A stretch of 43,112 nt of DNA from the NCBI GenBank assembly GCA_023425225.1, contig JAFADB010000130.1:1-43112 (forward strand), given 5' to 3'. Under the pieces are notes generated by a model. The model had not been told where the DNA came from and ran no database searches. It saw only the letters and a list, made by a program, of their open reading frames with translations. The position numbers and the translations under genes are program-made. Positions within the stretch are counted from its first letter, which is position 1; each line of letters starts with the position of its first letter. Positions 21,629 through 31,205 of this stretch are shown here, one piece after another. Source of the stretch: Pseudomonadota bacterium. GTDB lineage: Bacteria; Pseudomonadota; Gammaproteobacteria; Xanthomonadales; Xanthomonadaceae.

Positions 21629-21826
21629 ATGAGCCATACCGCCACCGCGCCCGCCAATACCGAGAAGCGCTACACCGTGCACCGCAGCGACCTGCCGCTG
21701 AGCTGCCCGACCCCGGAGATGGCGCTGTGGAACTCGCATCCGCGCGTCTACCTGCCGATCGAGGACGAGCCGAACCACGAGGCGCAGTGCCCCTACTGCG
21801 GTGCCGTGTTCGTGCTGGCCGACTGA
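21629..21826 (+). CDS. Small zinc-finger protein (zf-CHCC type)
   Basis: LPLSCP...WNSHPRVYL...CPYCG pattern; TAGAAT at 21593-21598 upstream. Confidence 0.88.
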   Translation: MSHTATAPANTEKRYTVHRSDLPLSCPTPEMALWNSHPRVYLPIEDEPNHEAQCPYCGAVFVLAD

Positions 21827-21836
21827 TCCATTTGCC

Positions 21837-22949
21837 GTGCACCGCCTGACCGTGGTGCAGCTGCTGCCGGCACTGCAGTCCGGTGGCGTCGAGCGTTCCA
21901 CCCTGGAAATCGCCGAGGCGCTGGTGCAGGCCGGGCACCGTGCCGTGGTGGTGTCGGCCGGCGGGCGGCTGGTCGGGCCGCTGCTGGCCAGCGGCGCCGA
22001 ACACGTGGAACTGGACATCGGCCGCAAATCGCTGCTGACACTGCGCCATGTCGGCGCATTGCGCAGGCTGTTCGTCGAACTCGACGCGGACATCGTGCAC
22101 GCGCGCTCGCGCCTGCCGGCGTGGCTGGGCTGGCGGGCGCTGCGGCGGCTGCCAGCGGCGCGACGGCCGCATTTCGTCACCACGGTGCACGGGCTCAACT
22201 CGCCCGGCCGCTACAGCGCGGTGATGACCTACGGCGAGCGGGTGATCTGCGTATCGCAGACGGTGCGCGACTACGTCCAGCGGCACTATCCGCGTACCGA
22301 TCCGGCCCGGCTGCGGGTGATCCCGCGCGGCATCGACGTGGCCCGTTTCCCGCGCCGGGCGCATCCCGATCCGCAGGCGCGCGCCTGGGCCGCCACGCAG
22401 GCGCCGGCCTTGTCCGGCGATGGCCCGTGGCTGCTGCTGCCCGGACGCGGCACCCGGCTCAAGGGCCACGCCGACGGACTGCGCCTGCTGGCCGGATTGC
22501 GCAGGCAGGGCATGGATGCCCGGCTGTGGCTGCCCGGCGCGCGCGAGGCCGGGCGCGAGGCGTATCTGTGCGAGCTGCAGGACGAGGCCGCGCGACTGGG
22601 CGTCGCCGAGGCGGTCGCCTTCACCGCGCCCACCTCGCGCATCGCCGAGGCCTATGCCGCCTGCGACCTGGTGCTGCAGCTCTCGCGCAAGCCCGAGGCG
22701 TTCGGCCGCACCGTGATCGAGGCGCTGGCGGTGGGCCGTCCGGTGCTGGGCTGGGCCCACGGCGGCGTCGGCGAACTGCTGGCGCAGCTGCAACCCTCCG
22801 GTGCGGTGCCTGCCTTCGACGAGGCCGGGCTGCTGGCCCGCTGCCGGCAACTGCTGGAACAGCCGCCGGCGCCCCCGCCGTCGATCCCGTACACGCTGCA
22901 GCAGATGCAGCACGCCACCCTGGCCGTCTATGACGAACTCACGCGCTGA
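21837..22949 (+). CDS. Glycosyltransferase family 4 (GT-B fold)
   Basis: [38 protein letters not shown] (EX7E); GTG start. Confidence 0.9.
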   Translation: MHRLTVVQLLPALQSGGVERSTLEIAEALVQAGHRAVVVSAGGRLVGPLLASGAEHVELDIGRKSLLTLRHVGALRRLFVELDADIVHARSRLPAWLGWRALRRLPAARRPHFVTTVHGLNSPGRYSAVMTYGERVICVSQTVRDYVQRHYPRTDPARLRVIPRGIDVARFPRRAHPDPQARAWAATQAPALSGDGPWLLLPGRGTRLKGHADGLRLLAGLRRQGMDARLWLPGAREAGREAYLCELQDEAARLGVAEAVAFTAPTSRIAEAYAACDLVLQLSRKPEAFGRTVIEALAVGRPVLGWAHGGVGELLAQLQPSGAVPAFDEAGLLARCRQLLEQPPAPPPSIPYTLQQMQHATLAVYDELTR

Positions 22950-24300
22950 CGGACTTGCCGGTTCTCCCGCGGCCGCCCCGGGCTGGCGCTGGGCGCCGGC
23001 CTGGGTGCTCGCCTACGTGGCGATGTGGCCGGCCCCCGGCATCGCCGAGGGCCTGCTGTCGCTGGGCGCGCTGCTGGCCCTGGCGGTGCTGCTGGTACAG
23101 CGTCTCCGTGGTGGCGGCCCGCTGCCGGATCGCGGCGCGTTGGCGCTGGCCACGGCGCTGTTCCTGGCCTACTGGCTGCCGCAGGCGATTTCCGCCACCG
23201 ATGCCATCGATGGCGGCCGTGCCTGGGGCCGGGCGGCACAAGGACTGCGCCACCTGCCGTTCGCCTGGCTGGTGGCGATGGCCGTGGCCACCCCGCCGCT
23301 GCGCCGCGTCACCTTCGGCGGCTTGGCGGTGATCGTGGCGCTGTGGTTCGCCGATGGCCTGCTGCAGGCGCTGACTGGTACCAGTGCCTGGTTCTGGTCG
23401 CTGGACCAGGCCAAGTGGGCCCTCAGCGGGCACGGCCTGTGCACGCCGGCCGAGGTGGCCGCGGTCGATCGCCTGAGCGGTTTCCTGGGGCCGTGCAACC
23501 TCAAGCTCGGCCAGGTGCTGGCGAGCATGTCGCCGTTCCTGCTGCTGCCGGTGCAGCGGCGCTGGGGGACGTGGGCATGGCTGGCGGTGGCGGCGCTGGC
23601 CGGGATCGTCATCGTGCTGGCCGGCTCGCGCGCCTCGTGGATCACCTATGCGCTGGTGGTGCTGTTCTCCGGCTGGCGGCTGCTGGGCTGGAAGCGGTCG
23701 CTGGCGGTGGCCGCCGCCGCGGTGGTCGGCCTGGCTGCCCTGGCCGCCGTGTCGCCGCAGCTGCAGCAGCGCATCCAGCGCACCACGCTGGCCTTCGCCG
23801 ACGGCGGCATCGACCAGGCTCTGTCAGGACGTGGGCAGATCTGGGGCGCGGCGGCGTGCATGATCGAAGGGCATCCGCTTAACGGGGTGGGCGCACGCGG
23901 CTTCCGCCAGGCGTTCCCGGCCTGCGACCCGCTGCACGGCGGCGGCCCGGCCTGGGGCGAGGGACCGGCGCTGCATGCGCACCAGCTGGTGCTGGAGATC
24001 CTCAGCGAGACCGGCGTCATCGGCCTGCTGCTGTGGCTGGCCGGCGCCTGGCTGGCCTGGCGGGCATGGCGCCGCGCCGATGCCGCGGCGCGCGAGCGGG
24101 CGCGGCCGGCAATGCTGGCATTGGCGGTCACCGTGTTCCCGTTCAACACCCACCTGGCGTTCCATTCCAGCTTCTGGGGCGGGGTGCTGATGCTGCTGGC
24201 GGGGCTGTATGCGGGCGCGCTGCGGGCGAGGGTGCCGGATCAGGCCTCGCCGCGGGGTTCCCTGCCGTCGACATCCTTGCCGCCGGCCTCCTTGTCGTAG
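22930..24300 (+). CDS. O-antigen ligase (WaaL/Wzy_C)-family membrane protein
   Basis: Multi-pass membrane protein with LAGSRAS, SGRGQIW, HPLNGVG, HAHQLVLEILSETGVIG; overlaps the GT4 stop. Confidence 0.87.
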   Translation: MTNSRADGLAGSPAAAPGWRWAPAWVLAYVAMWPAPGIAEGLLSLGALLALAVLLVQRLRGGGPLPDRGALALATALFLAYWLPQAISATDAIDGGRAWGRAAQGLRHLPFAWLVAMAVATPPLRRVTFGGLAVIVALWFADGLLQALTGTSAWFWSLDQAKWALSGHGLCTPAEVAAVDRLSGFLGPCNLKLGQVLASMSPFLLLPVQRRWGTWAWLAVAALAGIVIVLAGSRASWITYALVVLFSGWRLLGWKRSLAVAAAAVVGLAALAAVSPQLQQRIQRTTLAFADGGIDQALSGRGQIWGAAACMIEGHPLNGVGARGFRQAFPACDPLHGGGPAWGEGPALHAHQLVLEILSETGVIGLLLWLAGAWLAWRAWRRADAAARERARPAMLALAVTVFPFNTHLAFHSSFWGGVLMLLAGLYAGALRARVPDQASPRGSLPSTSLPPASLS

Positions 24301-25211
24301 AACCGGCTGCGGCCGCCGGGCTGGCGCTTGAAGCGGCGGTGGATCCACAGGTACTGCGCCGGCGCCTCGCGCACCATCTGCTCGATGGCGGCATTGACCC
24401 GCGCGGTGTCGGCCACCACGTCCTCGGACGGGAAATTCTCCAGCGGCGGCGCCACCCGCAGGATGTAGCGGTCGCCCTCGCGGCGGTGGAAGTACGGCAC
24501 CACCGCGCAGCCGGTGATGCGGGCGAACTCGTGGGTGGCGGTGATGGTGGCCGCGGGCATGCCGAAGAACGGCACGAACACCGTGTCCTTGCCGCGCATG
24601 TCCTGGTCGGGCGCATACCACAGGAAGCCGCCGCGCTTGAGATGGCGCAGCGCGCCGCGCACGTCCTCGTTGGCGAACATCGCCTTGGCGTAGCGCAACC
24701 GCCCGGCCTTGACCGCCCATTCCATCACCGGGTTGCGGTAGCGCCGGTACATGCCCGCCAGCGGCACGTACTGGCACATCAGCCGCCCGCACATCTCCAG
24801 GGTCATGAAGTGGCCCGATACCAGCAGCACGCCGCGTCCTTCGTCCTGCAGCCGGCGCAGGTGCTCCAGCCCCTCGATGCTCACGCGCGGGCGGATGGCG
24901 TCGATGCTGCCCCACCAGGCGCGCGCGAACTCGAACACGCCGATGCCCAGCGCGTCGAAGCTGTCGCGCAGCAGCCGTGCGCGCCAGGCGTCGTCCTGCT
25001 CTGGGAAGCACAGCTTCAGGTTGACCTCGGCGGCGCGGCGGCGGGTGTGCGCCACGCGCAAAGCGACCCAGCCGATGCCGCGGCCGAGCGCGCGCTGCAA
25101 CAGCCACGGCAGGCGCGCGGCGATCACCGCCGGCAGCAGCGCCAGCAGGGTCGGCCAGTGACGGGGCTGCAGCAGCGAAGGGCGCGGTGCGGTGGTGGCG
25201 GATTCGGACAT
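24240..25211 (-). CDS. lpxL: Kdo2-lipid IVA lauroyl/palmitoleoyl acyltransferase
   Basis: NLKLCFPE, HFMTLE (HX4E), YAPDQD, FVPFFG, QYLWIHRRFK. Confidence 0.92.
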   Translation of the reverse strand: MSESATTAPRPSLLQPRHWPTLLALLPAVIAARLPWLLQRALGRGIGWVALRVAHTRRRAAEVNLKLCFPEQDDAWRARLLRDSFDALGIGVFEFARAWWGSIDAIRPRVSIEGLEHLRRLQDEGRGVLLVSGHFMTLEMCGRLMCQYVPLAGMYRRYRNPVMEWAVKAGRLRYAKAMFANEDVRGALRHLKRGGFLWYAPDQDMRGKDTVFVPFFGMPAATITATHEFARITGCAVVPYFHRREGDRYILRVAPPLENFPSEDVVADTARVNAAIEQMVREAPAQYLWIHRRFKRQPGGRSRFYDKEAGGKDVDGREPRGEA

Positions 25212-25217
25212 GCGCAG

Positions 25218-25270
25218 ATTCTAAGGGAAGCCCATGCACGCGATGCCGCCGCCGCCGCATCCGCTATCCT
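25218..25270. promoter_or_regulatory. Back-to-back putative -10 boxes for leaderless lpxL and waaA
   Basis: Minus strand TAGAAT-ctgcgc-ATG (box 25218-25223); plus strand TATCCT-tcaccg-ATG (box 25265-25270). Confidence 0.55.
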
Positions 25271-25276
25271 TCACCG

Positions 25277-26578
25277 ATGCGCAAGGATCCCGTCGAATGG
25301 ATGCTGCGCGGCCTGTACTCGGCCGTGCTCTACCTGCTGTTGCCGATCACCATCTACCACCTGGTGTGGCGCGGCTTCCGCGTGCGCCAGTACTTCCAGC
25401 GCTGGGACGAGCGCTATGCCGCCTACCAGCAGGCCCGCGGGCAGCCGCGGGTGTGGCTGCACGCGGTCTCGGTGGGCGAGGTCAATGCCGCCGCGCCGCT
25501 GGTGAACGCATTGCGCGCGCAACGCCCGGACATCCGCTGGGTGATCACCACCATCACCCCGACCGGTTCCGAGCGCGTGCGCGCGCTGTGGGGCGACCAG
25601 GTGGACCACGTCTACCTGCCCTACGACGTGCCCGGCGGGGTGCGCCGCTTCCTGGAGCACTTCCGGCCGCGGCTGGGGCTGATCCTGGAAACCGAGCTGT
25701 GGCCCAACATGCTGTTCGGCTGCCGCGACCGGGACATCCCGGTATACGTGCTCAACGCGCGGCTGTCGGCGCGCTCGCTGCGCGGCTACCGCCTGCTGCG
25801 GCCGCTGATCGGCCGCGCGCTGCGCACCGTCACCTGCGTGGCGGCGCAATCGCGCGAGGACGCGGCGCGCTTCATCGAGCTCGGGGCCCGGCCATCGCAG
25901 GTGGTGGCCCTGGGCAACCTCAAGTTCGACATCGCCATGCCCGACCATCTGCAGGCATTCGTCGGGCAGTTCCACCGCCACGTGCCCGCCTCGCGGCCGG
26001 TATGGATCGCCGCCAGTACCCATGAGGGCGAGGAGGAGGCGGTGATGCAGATCCAGCGCCAGCTGCGGCAGCACTGGCCGCAACTGCTGCTGCTGTGGGC
26101 GCCGCGCCATCCGGAGCGCTTCGCCCGGGTGGAGGTGCTGGTGCGCGACCAGGGCTGGAACGTGGCCACGCGCAAGGCGCAGGAATGGCCGCAGCCGGAT
26201 ACCGAGGTGTTCGTGGTCGACACCCTGGGCGAGCTGATGCAGTTCTATGCCTGCGCGCAGGTGGCCTTCGTCGGTGGCAGCCTGGAGCCGATCGGCGGCC
26301 ACAACCTGCTGGAGCCCGCCTCGGTCGGCACCCCGGCCGTCACCGGGCCGCACCTGCACAACTTCGCCGAAATCTCGCGGCGCCTGTCCGACGCCGGCGC
26401 GATCATCGTGTGTGACGACACGGCCGGCGTGGTGGCCGCACTGGACCGCCTGCTGGCCGAGCCGGCGCTGCGCAAGACCATGGCCACCGCCGGCTGCGCA
26501 CTGGTGGAGAACGGCCGCGGCGCGCTGGCCCGGACCCTGAAACTCATCGAAGCCGATCTGCCGGAGCGCCATCCGTAG
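25277..26578 (+). CDS. waaA: 3-deoxy-D-manno-octulosonic acid (Kdo) transferase
   Basis: WLHAVSVGE, TITPTGS, YLPYD, ETELWPN, GNLKFD, APRHPERF, GGHNLLEP. Confidence 0.95.
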   Translation: MRKDPVEWMLRGLYSAVLYLLLPITIYHLVWRGFRVRQYFQRWDERYAAYQQARGQPRVWLHAVSVGEVNAAAPLVNALRAQRPDIRWVITTITPTGSERVRALWGDQVDHVYLPYDVPGGVRRFLEHFRPRLGLILETELWPNMLFGCRDRDIPVYVLNARLSARSLRGYRLLRPLIGRALRTVTCVAAQSREDAARFIELGARPSQVVALGNLKFDIAMPDHLQAFVGQFHRHVPASRPVWIAASTHEGEEEAVMQIQRQLRQHWPQLLLLWAPRHPERFARVEVLVRDQGWNVATRKAQEWPQPDTEVFVVDTLGELMQFYACAQVAFVGGSLEPIGGHNLLEPASVGTPAVTGPHLHNFAEISRRLSDAGAIIVCDDTAGVVAALDRLLAEPALRKTMATAGCALVENGRGALARTLKLIEADLPERHP

Positions 26579-26637
26579 GCCGACCGGGTCGCTGGCCGCC
26601 ACCGCGCCTTTGGCTCGCGTCTGGGAACCGAACCCGG

Positions 26638-26667
26638 CGTCACCCGCTGATGCGGGGCCCCGGCGAC
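26638..26667 (+). repeat. Degenerate CGTC-type REP-like palindrome
   Basis: cgtcacccgctgatgcggggccccggcgac resembles the copy at 37617 (cgtcgtccccgcgcaggcggggacccggcgac). Confidence 0.5.
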
Positions 26668-26725
26668 AGCTTTCGGCATCGACCCTTCTCGCCTGCCACA
26701 CCCGTCTCTACATCACGCATGGCTT

Positions 26726-26854
26726 CCCTTCTCCCGCTTGCGGGGCCACGGCCCTCTTTTCGGGGGAAGGCGGCACGCAGCGCCGGATCGGCACGCTTTT
26801 GCGTTCGGCTTTCCCGTCTTCCAGACACCGCCCCATCCGCCAGGAGAAAGGGGA
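26726..26854 (+). repeat. Composite REP/BIME-like element, degenerate copy 1
   Basis: Colinear with 31077-31205: cccttctcccgc..gcggg / cagcgccgga / cttttgc / tttccc / ttccagaca / ccccatccgcc / ggagaa.ggga. Confidence 0.65.
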
Positions 26855-26901
26855 CCATCCCGGCTCGGAGGGGCCGGCTTGTCCCGGTCCAAAACCAAAC
26901 G

Positions 26902-26932
26902 AAAAAGGGAGCGGACCTTCGATCCGCTCCCT
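26902..26932 (-). terminator. Intrinsic terminator of tolC
   Basis: AGGGAGCGGA...TCCGCTCCCT 10-bp stem, with an A-run at 26902-26906 that reads as the U-tract on the minus strand. Confidence 0.85.
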
Positions 26933-26970
26933 CGCAGGGTACTGGCCCGAACCGGACCGGCCGCGTCCGC

Positions 26971-28344
26971 CTACTGCAGCGCGCTCGGATCGGGGAGCCG
27001 GGCCTCGGCCTCCTGGGTCAGCAGCCGGTTCACGTCCTGCACCTGGGTGATGTCCAGCGTGCCGGTGGCCTGCGCCAGCAGCAGCCGGTTCTGCAGGAAG
27101 CTGTACTTGGCCTGGGCATAGTTCAACTGCGCCGAGAACAGCGTCTGCTGGTTCTGCACCACGTCCAGCACGGTGCGGGTGCCGACTTCCAGGCCGACCT
27201 CGGAGGCGTCGTACGCCGCCTGCGCCGACACCACCGCCAGCCGCCGCGCCTCGACCTCGCTGATTCCCTGCACCACGGTCTGGTAGTAGTTGCGGGTATT
27301 GCGGTCGAGCGCGCGCTTCTGCTGCTCGTAGGCGTCCTGCTGCATGTCGCGCTGCGCCAGCGCCTGGCGCACCGCCGACTGGGTGGCGCCGCCGGCGAAG
27401 ATCGGCACGCTCAGGGTCAGGCCGATCTGGTTGCTGTCGATGTCCAGCCCGCTGGTGCTGGTCCCGGTACCGCTGCCGCTGATGTCGCCCCAGCTGTTGC
27501 TGCGGCCGACGCTGCCGCTGAGGTTGATGGTCGGGTAGTGCCCGGCACGCGCGGCGGAGACGCTGGACTCGGCGGCCTGCACCTGCAGTTCCTGCGCCTT
27601 GAGCTCGGGGTTGCGGGCAACGGCGTCGGCGACCAGCTGGTCGACGTTGCTGTAGTCCGGCGGCAGTTCCGGCCGGAAGTCGTCCGGCAGCGCCTTCAGG
27701 TTGCGCACCGGCTGGCCGGTGATCTCGGCCAGCGCCTGATAGGAGTCGGCGAGGGTGTTGCGGGCGGTGATCGTGTCCGCGCGCGCCTGGTCGTACTGGG
27801 CGCGGGCCTCGTGCACGTCGGTGATCGGGGCCAGCCCGACCTCCAGCCGCTTGTCGGCGTAGTCGAACTGCTTCTTGGCCGCGGCCTCGTTGGTCTGCGC
27901 CGCCACCAGCGACTCGATCGCCACCAGCACGTTGAAGTAGGCGGCGGAGGTACGCACGATCAGGTCGTTGTTGGCCGAGTCCAAGGTGAAGTCGGCGGCC
28001 TTGCTGATGTCGCGCTGCGCGCGCAGGCGGGCGAACTGGCTCCAGTTGAAGATGGTCTGGCTGCCGTTGATGCCGTAGTTGCGGCTCTTGGAGGTGCGGG
28101 TACCGGCGATCCCCTCGTACTCGGTGCGCGAACGGCTGATCGAGGCGCTGCCGTCCAGTTGCGGCAGCAGCGCGGCGCGCGCCTGGACCTCGCCTTCCTT
28201 GTTGTACAGCCGGGTGGATTCGGCCGAGGCCAGCTGCGGGTCGCCGTTGCGGGCCATTTCGTAGACCTGCAGCAGATCGGCGGCGTTTGCGGCCATCGGG
28301 GAAAGCGCGGCAGCCAGCGCGAGGACGAGGGATCGGCGGATCAT
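26971..28344 (-). CDS. tolC: TolC family outer-membrane efflux channel
   Basis: Signal peptide ANA/ADLLQVY, ARAALLPQL, AYFNVL, VGLAPITDV, VGTRTVLDV; AAGGA ribosome-binding site. Confidence 0.95.
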   Translation of the reverse strand: MIRRSLVLALAAALSPMAANAADLLQVYEMARNGDPQLASAESTRLYNKEGEVQARAALLPQLDGSASISRSRTEYEGIAGTRTSKSRNYGINGSQTIFNWSQFARLRAQRDISKAADFTLDSANNDLIVRTSAAYFNVLVAIESLVAAQTNEAAAKKQFDYADKRLEVGLAPITDVHEARAQYDQARADTITARNTLADSYQALAEITGQPVRNLKALPDDFRPELPPDYSNVDQLVADAVARNPELKAQELQVQAAESSVSAARAGHYPTINLSGSVGRSNSWGDISGSGTGTSTSGLDIDSNQIGLTLSVPIFAGGATQSAVRQALAQRDMQQDAYEQQKRALDRNTRNYYQTVVQGISEVEARRLAVVSAQAAYDASEVGLEVGTRTVLDVVQNQQTLFSAQLNYAQAKYSFLQNRLLLAQATGTLDITQVQDVNRLLTQEAEARLPDPSALQ

Positions 28345-28361
28345 GAGGCTTCCTTGGGAAA

Positions 28362-29018
28362 TCAGAAGTGGAACTGTGGGGTGGGGGCGGCGCCCCGCAG
28401 GTAGGCGATGTCGGTTTCGAACAACGATTCTGTGAGCGGGCCGTTGACGTCGTTCTTCACCAGCACCGCCTCCATCGCTGGCTCGCGGCCACGCACGACG
28501 AACAGGCGGCCGCCCGGACGCAGCCAGGCCAGGAAGCGGTCGGGGATGGTGTCCACGGCGGCGGTGACGCACACCGCGTCGAAACGGCGCTCGTTCTGCC
28601 AGGTCAGCGCGTCGGCGGTCTCGATGCGCACGTTGCTGCCCACGCCGGCCGCGTCCAGGTGGGCGCGCGCGCCGGTCGCCAGCTCCGGCTCGATCTCCAG
28701 GCTCACCACCTCGCGCGCCAGCGCCGCCAGGCAGGCGGTGGCGAAGCCGCTGCCGCTGCCGATCTCCAGCACATCCTCGCCCGGCTGCAGTTCCAGCGCC
28801 TGCAGCATGCGGCCCTCGACCACCGGCTTCATCATCTTCTGGCCGTGGCCCAGCGGGATTTCCAGGTCGGCATAGGCCAGGGCCTTGTAGGCCTCCGGCA
28901 CGAAGGCCTCGCGCGGCAGCCGCGCCAGCACGTCCAGCACGCGGATGTCGAGCACGTCCCAGGGACGGATCTGCTGTTCAACCATCTTTTCGCGGGCCTG
29001 GGAGTAATCGATCGTCAT
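28362..29018 (-). CDS. pcm: Protein-L-isoaspartate O-methyltransferase family protein
   Basis: MVEQQIRPWDV, PREAFVP, AYAD, VLEIGSGSGF, LRPGGRL; directly upstream of tolC. Confidence 0.9.
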   Translation of the reverse strand: MTIDYSQAREKMVEQQIRPWDVLDIRVLDVLARLPREAFVPEAYKALAYADLEIPLGHGQKMMKPVVEGRMLQALELQPGEDVLEIGSGSGFATACLAALAREVVSLEIEPELATGARAHLDAAGVGSNVRIETADALTWQNERRFDAVCVTAAVDTIPDRFLAWLRPGGRLFVVRGREPAMEAVLVKNDVNGPLTESLFETDIAYLRGAAPTPQFHF

Positions 29019-29156
29019 GGCGGTAGCGGTCCAACGCGGTGGGGCAGGCATTTTAGCCGGCTGGCGGGCCTGCGGCGCGCGCTCAAGCATCGCCGCGGCA
29101 GGGGCGCGAGCGCAGTGCCGGAAGTCACCGCGACCACCGGCCGGGCCGCGGCCCGT

Positions 29157-29813
29157 TCAGCGCGGCGCATAGGCCCGCAGGAACAGGTCCACGCTGGCAT
29201 GGATATGGGCATCGACGTCCGCCTGGCTGGGGCAGCCGCGCAATCCGCACATCATCATCGGGTGCAGTTCGCCCTTGAGCAGGCAGAAGAACTGCGAGGC
29301 CGCCAGCGGCAGGTCGGCGATCTGCAGCTCGCCCAGCGCCACGCGCCCGGCCAGGAAGTCGGCCAGCGCCTGCTGGATGCGCTGCGGGCCGGCCTTCCAG
29401 AACATCTCGCGCACGTGGCAGTCGCCTACATCCGGCGCCAGCATCATGCGGCGGGTGGCAATGGCCGCATCGCTGCTGATCATGGCGAAGAAGGCCTGGC
29501 CGATGCCGACCAGCTGGTCGCGCAGCGGGCCTTCGAACTCGTGCTCGAACAGGTCGTCGGGCATCATCTGCCGGCATTGGGCGCGGATCGCCTCGGAAAA
29601 GAGCGTCTCCTTGTCGCCGAAGTGGCTGTATACGGTGAGCTTGGAAACGCCGGCCAACGCGGCGATGCCATCCATGCTGGCCCCGGCATAGCCCTGCTCG
29701 ACGAACAGGGTCTTGGCGGCATCGAGGATCGCCGCCCGCTTGCCCAGATCCTTGGGGCGTCCCGGGCCGCTGTTCTTCCCGGTGCCCTTGGCAATGGAAG
29801 GAGTGGAGGACAT
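29157..29813 (-). CDS. TetR/AcrR-family regulator (SmeRo-like by synteny)
   Basis: GPGRPKD...AILDAA...GVSKLTVYSHFGDKETLF helix-turn-helix; divergent from the RND pump genes. Confidence 0.92.
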   Translation of the reverse strand: MSSTPSIAKGTGKNSGPGRPKDLGKRAAILDAAKTLFVEQGYAGASMDGIAALAGVSKLTVYSHFGDKETLFSEAIRAQCRQMMPDDLFEHEFEGPLRDQLVGIGQAFFAMISSDAAIATRRMMLAPDVGDCHVREMFWKAGPQRIQQALADFLAGRVALGELQIADLPLAASQFFCLLKGELHPMMMCGLRGCPSQADVDAHIHASVDLFLRAYAPR

Positions 29814-29820
29814 GCCGTCA

Positions 29821-29865
29821 ATACTAGACCATTGGGTTCTATATTTATACTAGACTCGCAGGTTC
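29821..29865. promoter_or_regulatory. Tandem direct repeats ATACTAGAC-N5-GGTTC, candidate TetR operators overlapping divergent -10 boxes
   Basis: Copies start at 29821 and 29847 (26-bp period) in an AT-rich island; TAGTAT on minus (29821-29826), TATACT on plus (29846-29851). Confidence 0.7.
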
Positions 29866-29899
29866 ATTAATATCTCCCCCTTTGCGGACGGACGTGGGC

Positions 29900-31003
29900 A
29901 TGCAAACCAAGAACGCTTTCCTGGCCGGCGCGGGCCTGCTGGCGCTGCTGCTGGGCGGCTGTGGCGATCGCGCGCCGCAGCCGCCGGCACCGACGCCGGT
30001 GCTGGTGGTGCATCCCCGGCCGCTTTCCAGTGCCGCGCTTTCGACCTATCCGGGCGAGGTGCGCGCACGCGAGGAGAGCGCCCTGTCCTTCCGCGTGGCG
30101 GGCAACCTGGTCGAGCGCCGGGTCGATGCCGGGCAGCGGGTGGCGCGCGGACAGGTGCTGGCGCGGCTGGATCCGTCCGACCTGGCGCTGCAGGCGCAGG
30201 CCGCGCAGGCGCAGTACGCCGCCGCGCAGGCCGACCTGGTGCGCGCGCGCGACGAGCAGGCGCGCTACGCCAAGCTGGTCGAGCAGCAGCTGATCAGCCG
30301 TTCCAGCTTCGATGCGCAGACCACCGCCTACAAGGCCGCGGCCAGCCAGGCCGAGGCGGCACGCTCGAACCTGCAGGTGGCCCGCAACCAGGCCGGCTAT
30401 GCCGAGTTGCGGGCGCCGGCCGATGGCGTCATCGCCAGCCGCCAGGCCGAGGCCGGGCAGGTGGTCGCGGCCGGGCAGACGATCTACACGCTGGCGGCCG
30501 ATGGCGCGCGCGAGGTCGCCATCGCGCTGCCGGAAGGCGAGATCGGGCGTTTCGTCGTGGGCCAGCCGGCCCAGGTGGAGCTGTGGAGCCGGCCGGGACA
30601 GCGCCTGCCGGGCACGATCCGCGAGATCGCGCCGGCGGCCGATTCGGCCACGCGCAGCTACGCCGCGCGGGTGGCGTTGGCGGCCGACGCGCTGTCGGCG
30701 GTCGAGCTGGGCCAGAGTGCGCGCGTGTCGCTGGCGGCCGACGGCGATGCCGGCCTGACGCTGCCGCTGGCCGCGATCCAGCGTGATGCGCAGGGACGTA
30801 CGGCGGTATGGGTGGTGGATGCCGCCAGCGGCAAGCTCGTCTCGCGGCCGGTGCGGGTGGCGTCCTATGCCAGCGACGAAGTGCCGGTGCAGGAGGGTGT
30901 GGCGGCGGGCGACTGGGTGGTGGCCGGAGGCGGGCACCTGTTGCGCGAAGGTCAGCCGGTGACGCCGGTGGACCGCGACAATCGCCCCATAAGGCAACAG
31001 TAG
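29900..31003 (+). CDS. smeO: RND efflux periplasmic adaptor (membrane fusion lipoprotein)
   Basis: Lipobox LGGC, LSFRVAG, GQVLARLD, LRAPADGVI, ADSATRSY; symbol assigned from synteny with TetR-pcm-tolC. Confidence 0.88.
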   Translation: MQTKNAFLAGAGLLALLLGGCGDRAPQPPAPTPVLVVHPRPLSSAALSTYPGEVRAREESALSFRVAGNLVERRVDAGQRVARGQVLARLDPSDLALQAQAAQAQYAAAQADLVRARDEQARYAKLVEQQLISRSSFDAQTTAYKAAASQAEAARSNLQVARNQAGYAELRAPADGVIASRQAEAGQVVAAGQTIYTLAADGAREVAIALPEGEIGRFVVGQPAQVELWSRPGQRLPGTIREIAPAADSATRSYAARVALAADALSAVELGQSARVSLAADGDAGLTLPLAAIQRDAQGRTAVWVVDAASGKLVSRPVRVASYASDEVPVQEGVAAGDWVVAGGGHLLREGQPVTPVDRDNRPIRQQ

Positions 31004-31076
31004 CCGGAGCCGGGACATGCCAATCATCGACCGACTGCGGGAAAGCCGCACCCGCATGGCATTTGCCTCCCTTGTC

Positions 31077-31205
31077 CCCCTTCCCCCGCATGCGGGAGAA
31101 GAGCGCGCTCAGCACCGGACGTGGGACTTTTGCTGTGGATTTCCCATGTTCCAGACAGCCCCCATCCGCCCTTCGGGCACCTTCCCCCGCACGCGGGAGA
31201 AGGGA
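31077..31205 (+). repeat. Composite REP/BIME-like element, copy 2, between the MFP and RND genes
   Basis: Hairpins CTTCCCCCGCATGCGGGAGAAG (31080-31101) and CCTTCCCCCGCACGCGGGAGAAGG (31180-31203), the second preceded by CCCCATCCGCCCTTCGGGCA. Confidence 0.75.

Noticed and set aside
26579..26970. Repeat-rich spacer considered as a CRISPR array, tRNA or attachment site
   Set aside because: No regularly spaced identical repeats, no cloverleaf, and no cas or integrase gene; REP-like elements and a terminator explain it.
29050..29087. TTGAGC...TAAAAT as a -35/-10 pair for pcm-tolC on the minus strand
   Set aside because: The spacing is 25 nt, too long for sigma70. The -10-like TAAAAT alone may be real but is not enough to call a promoter.
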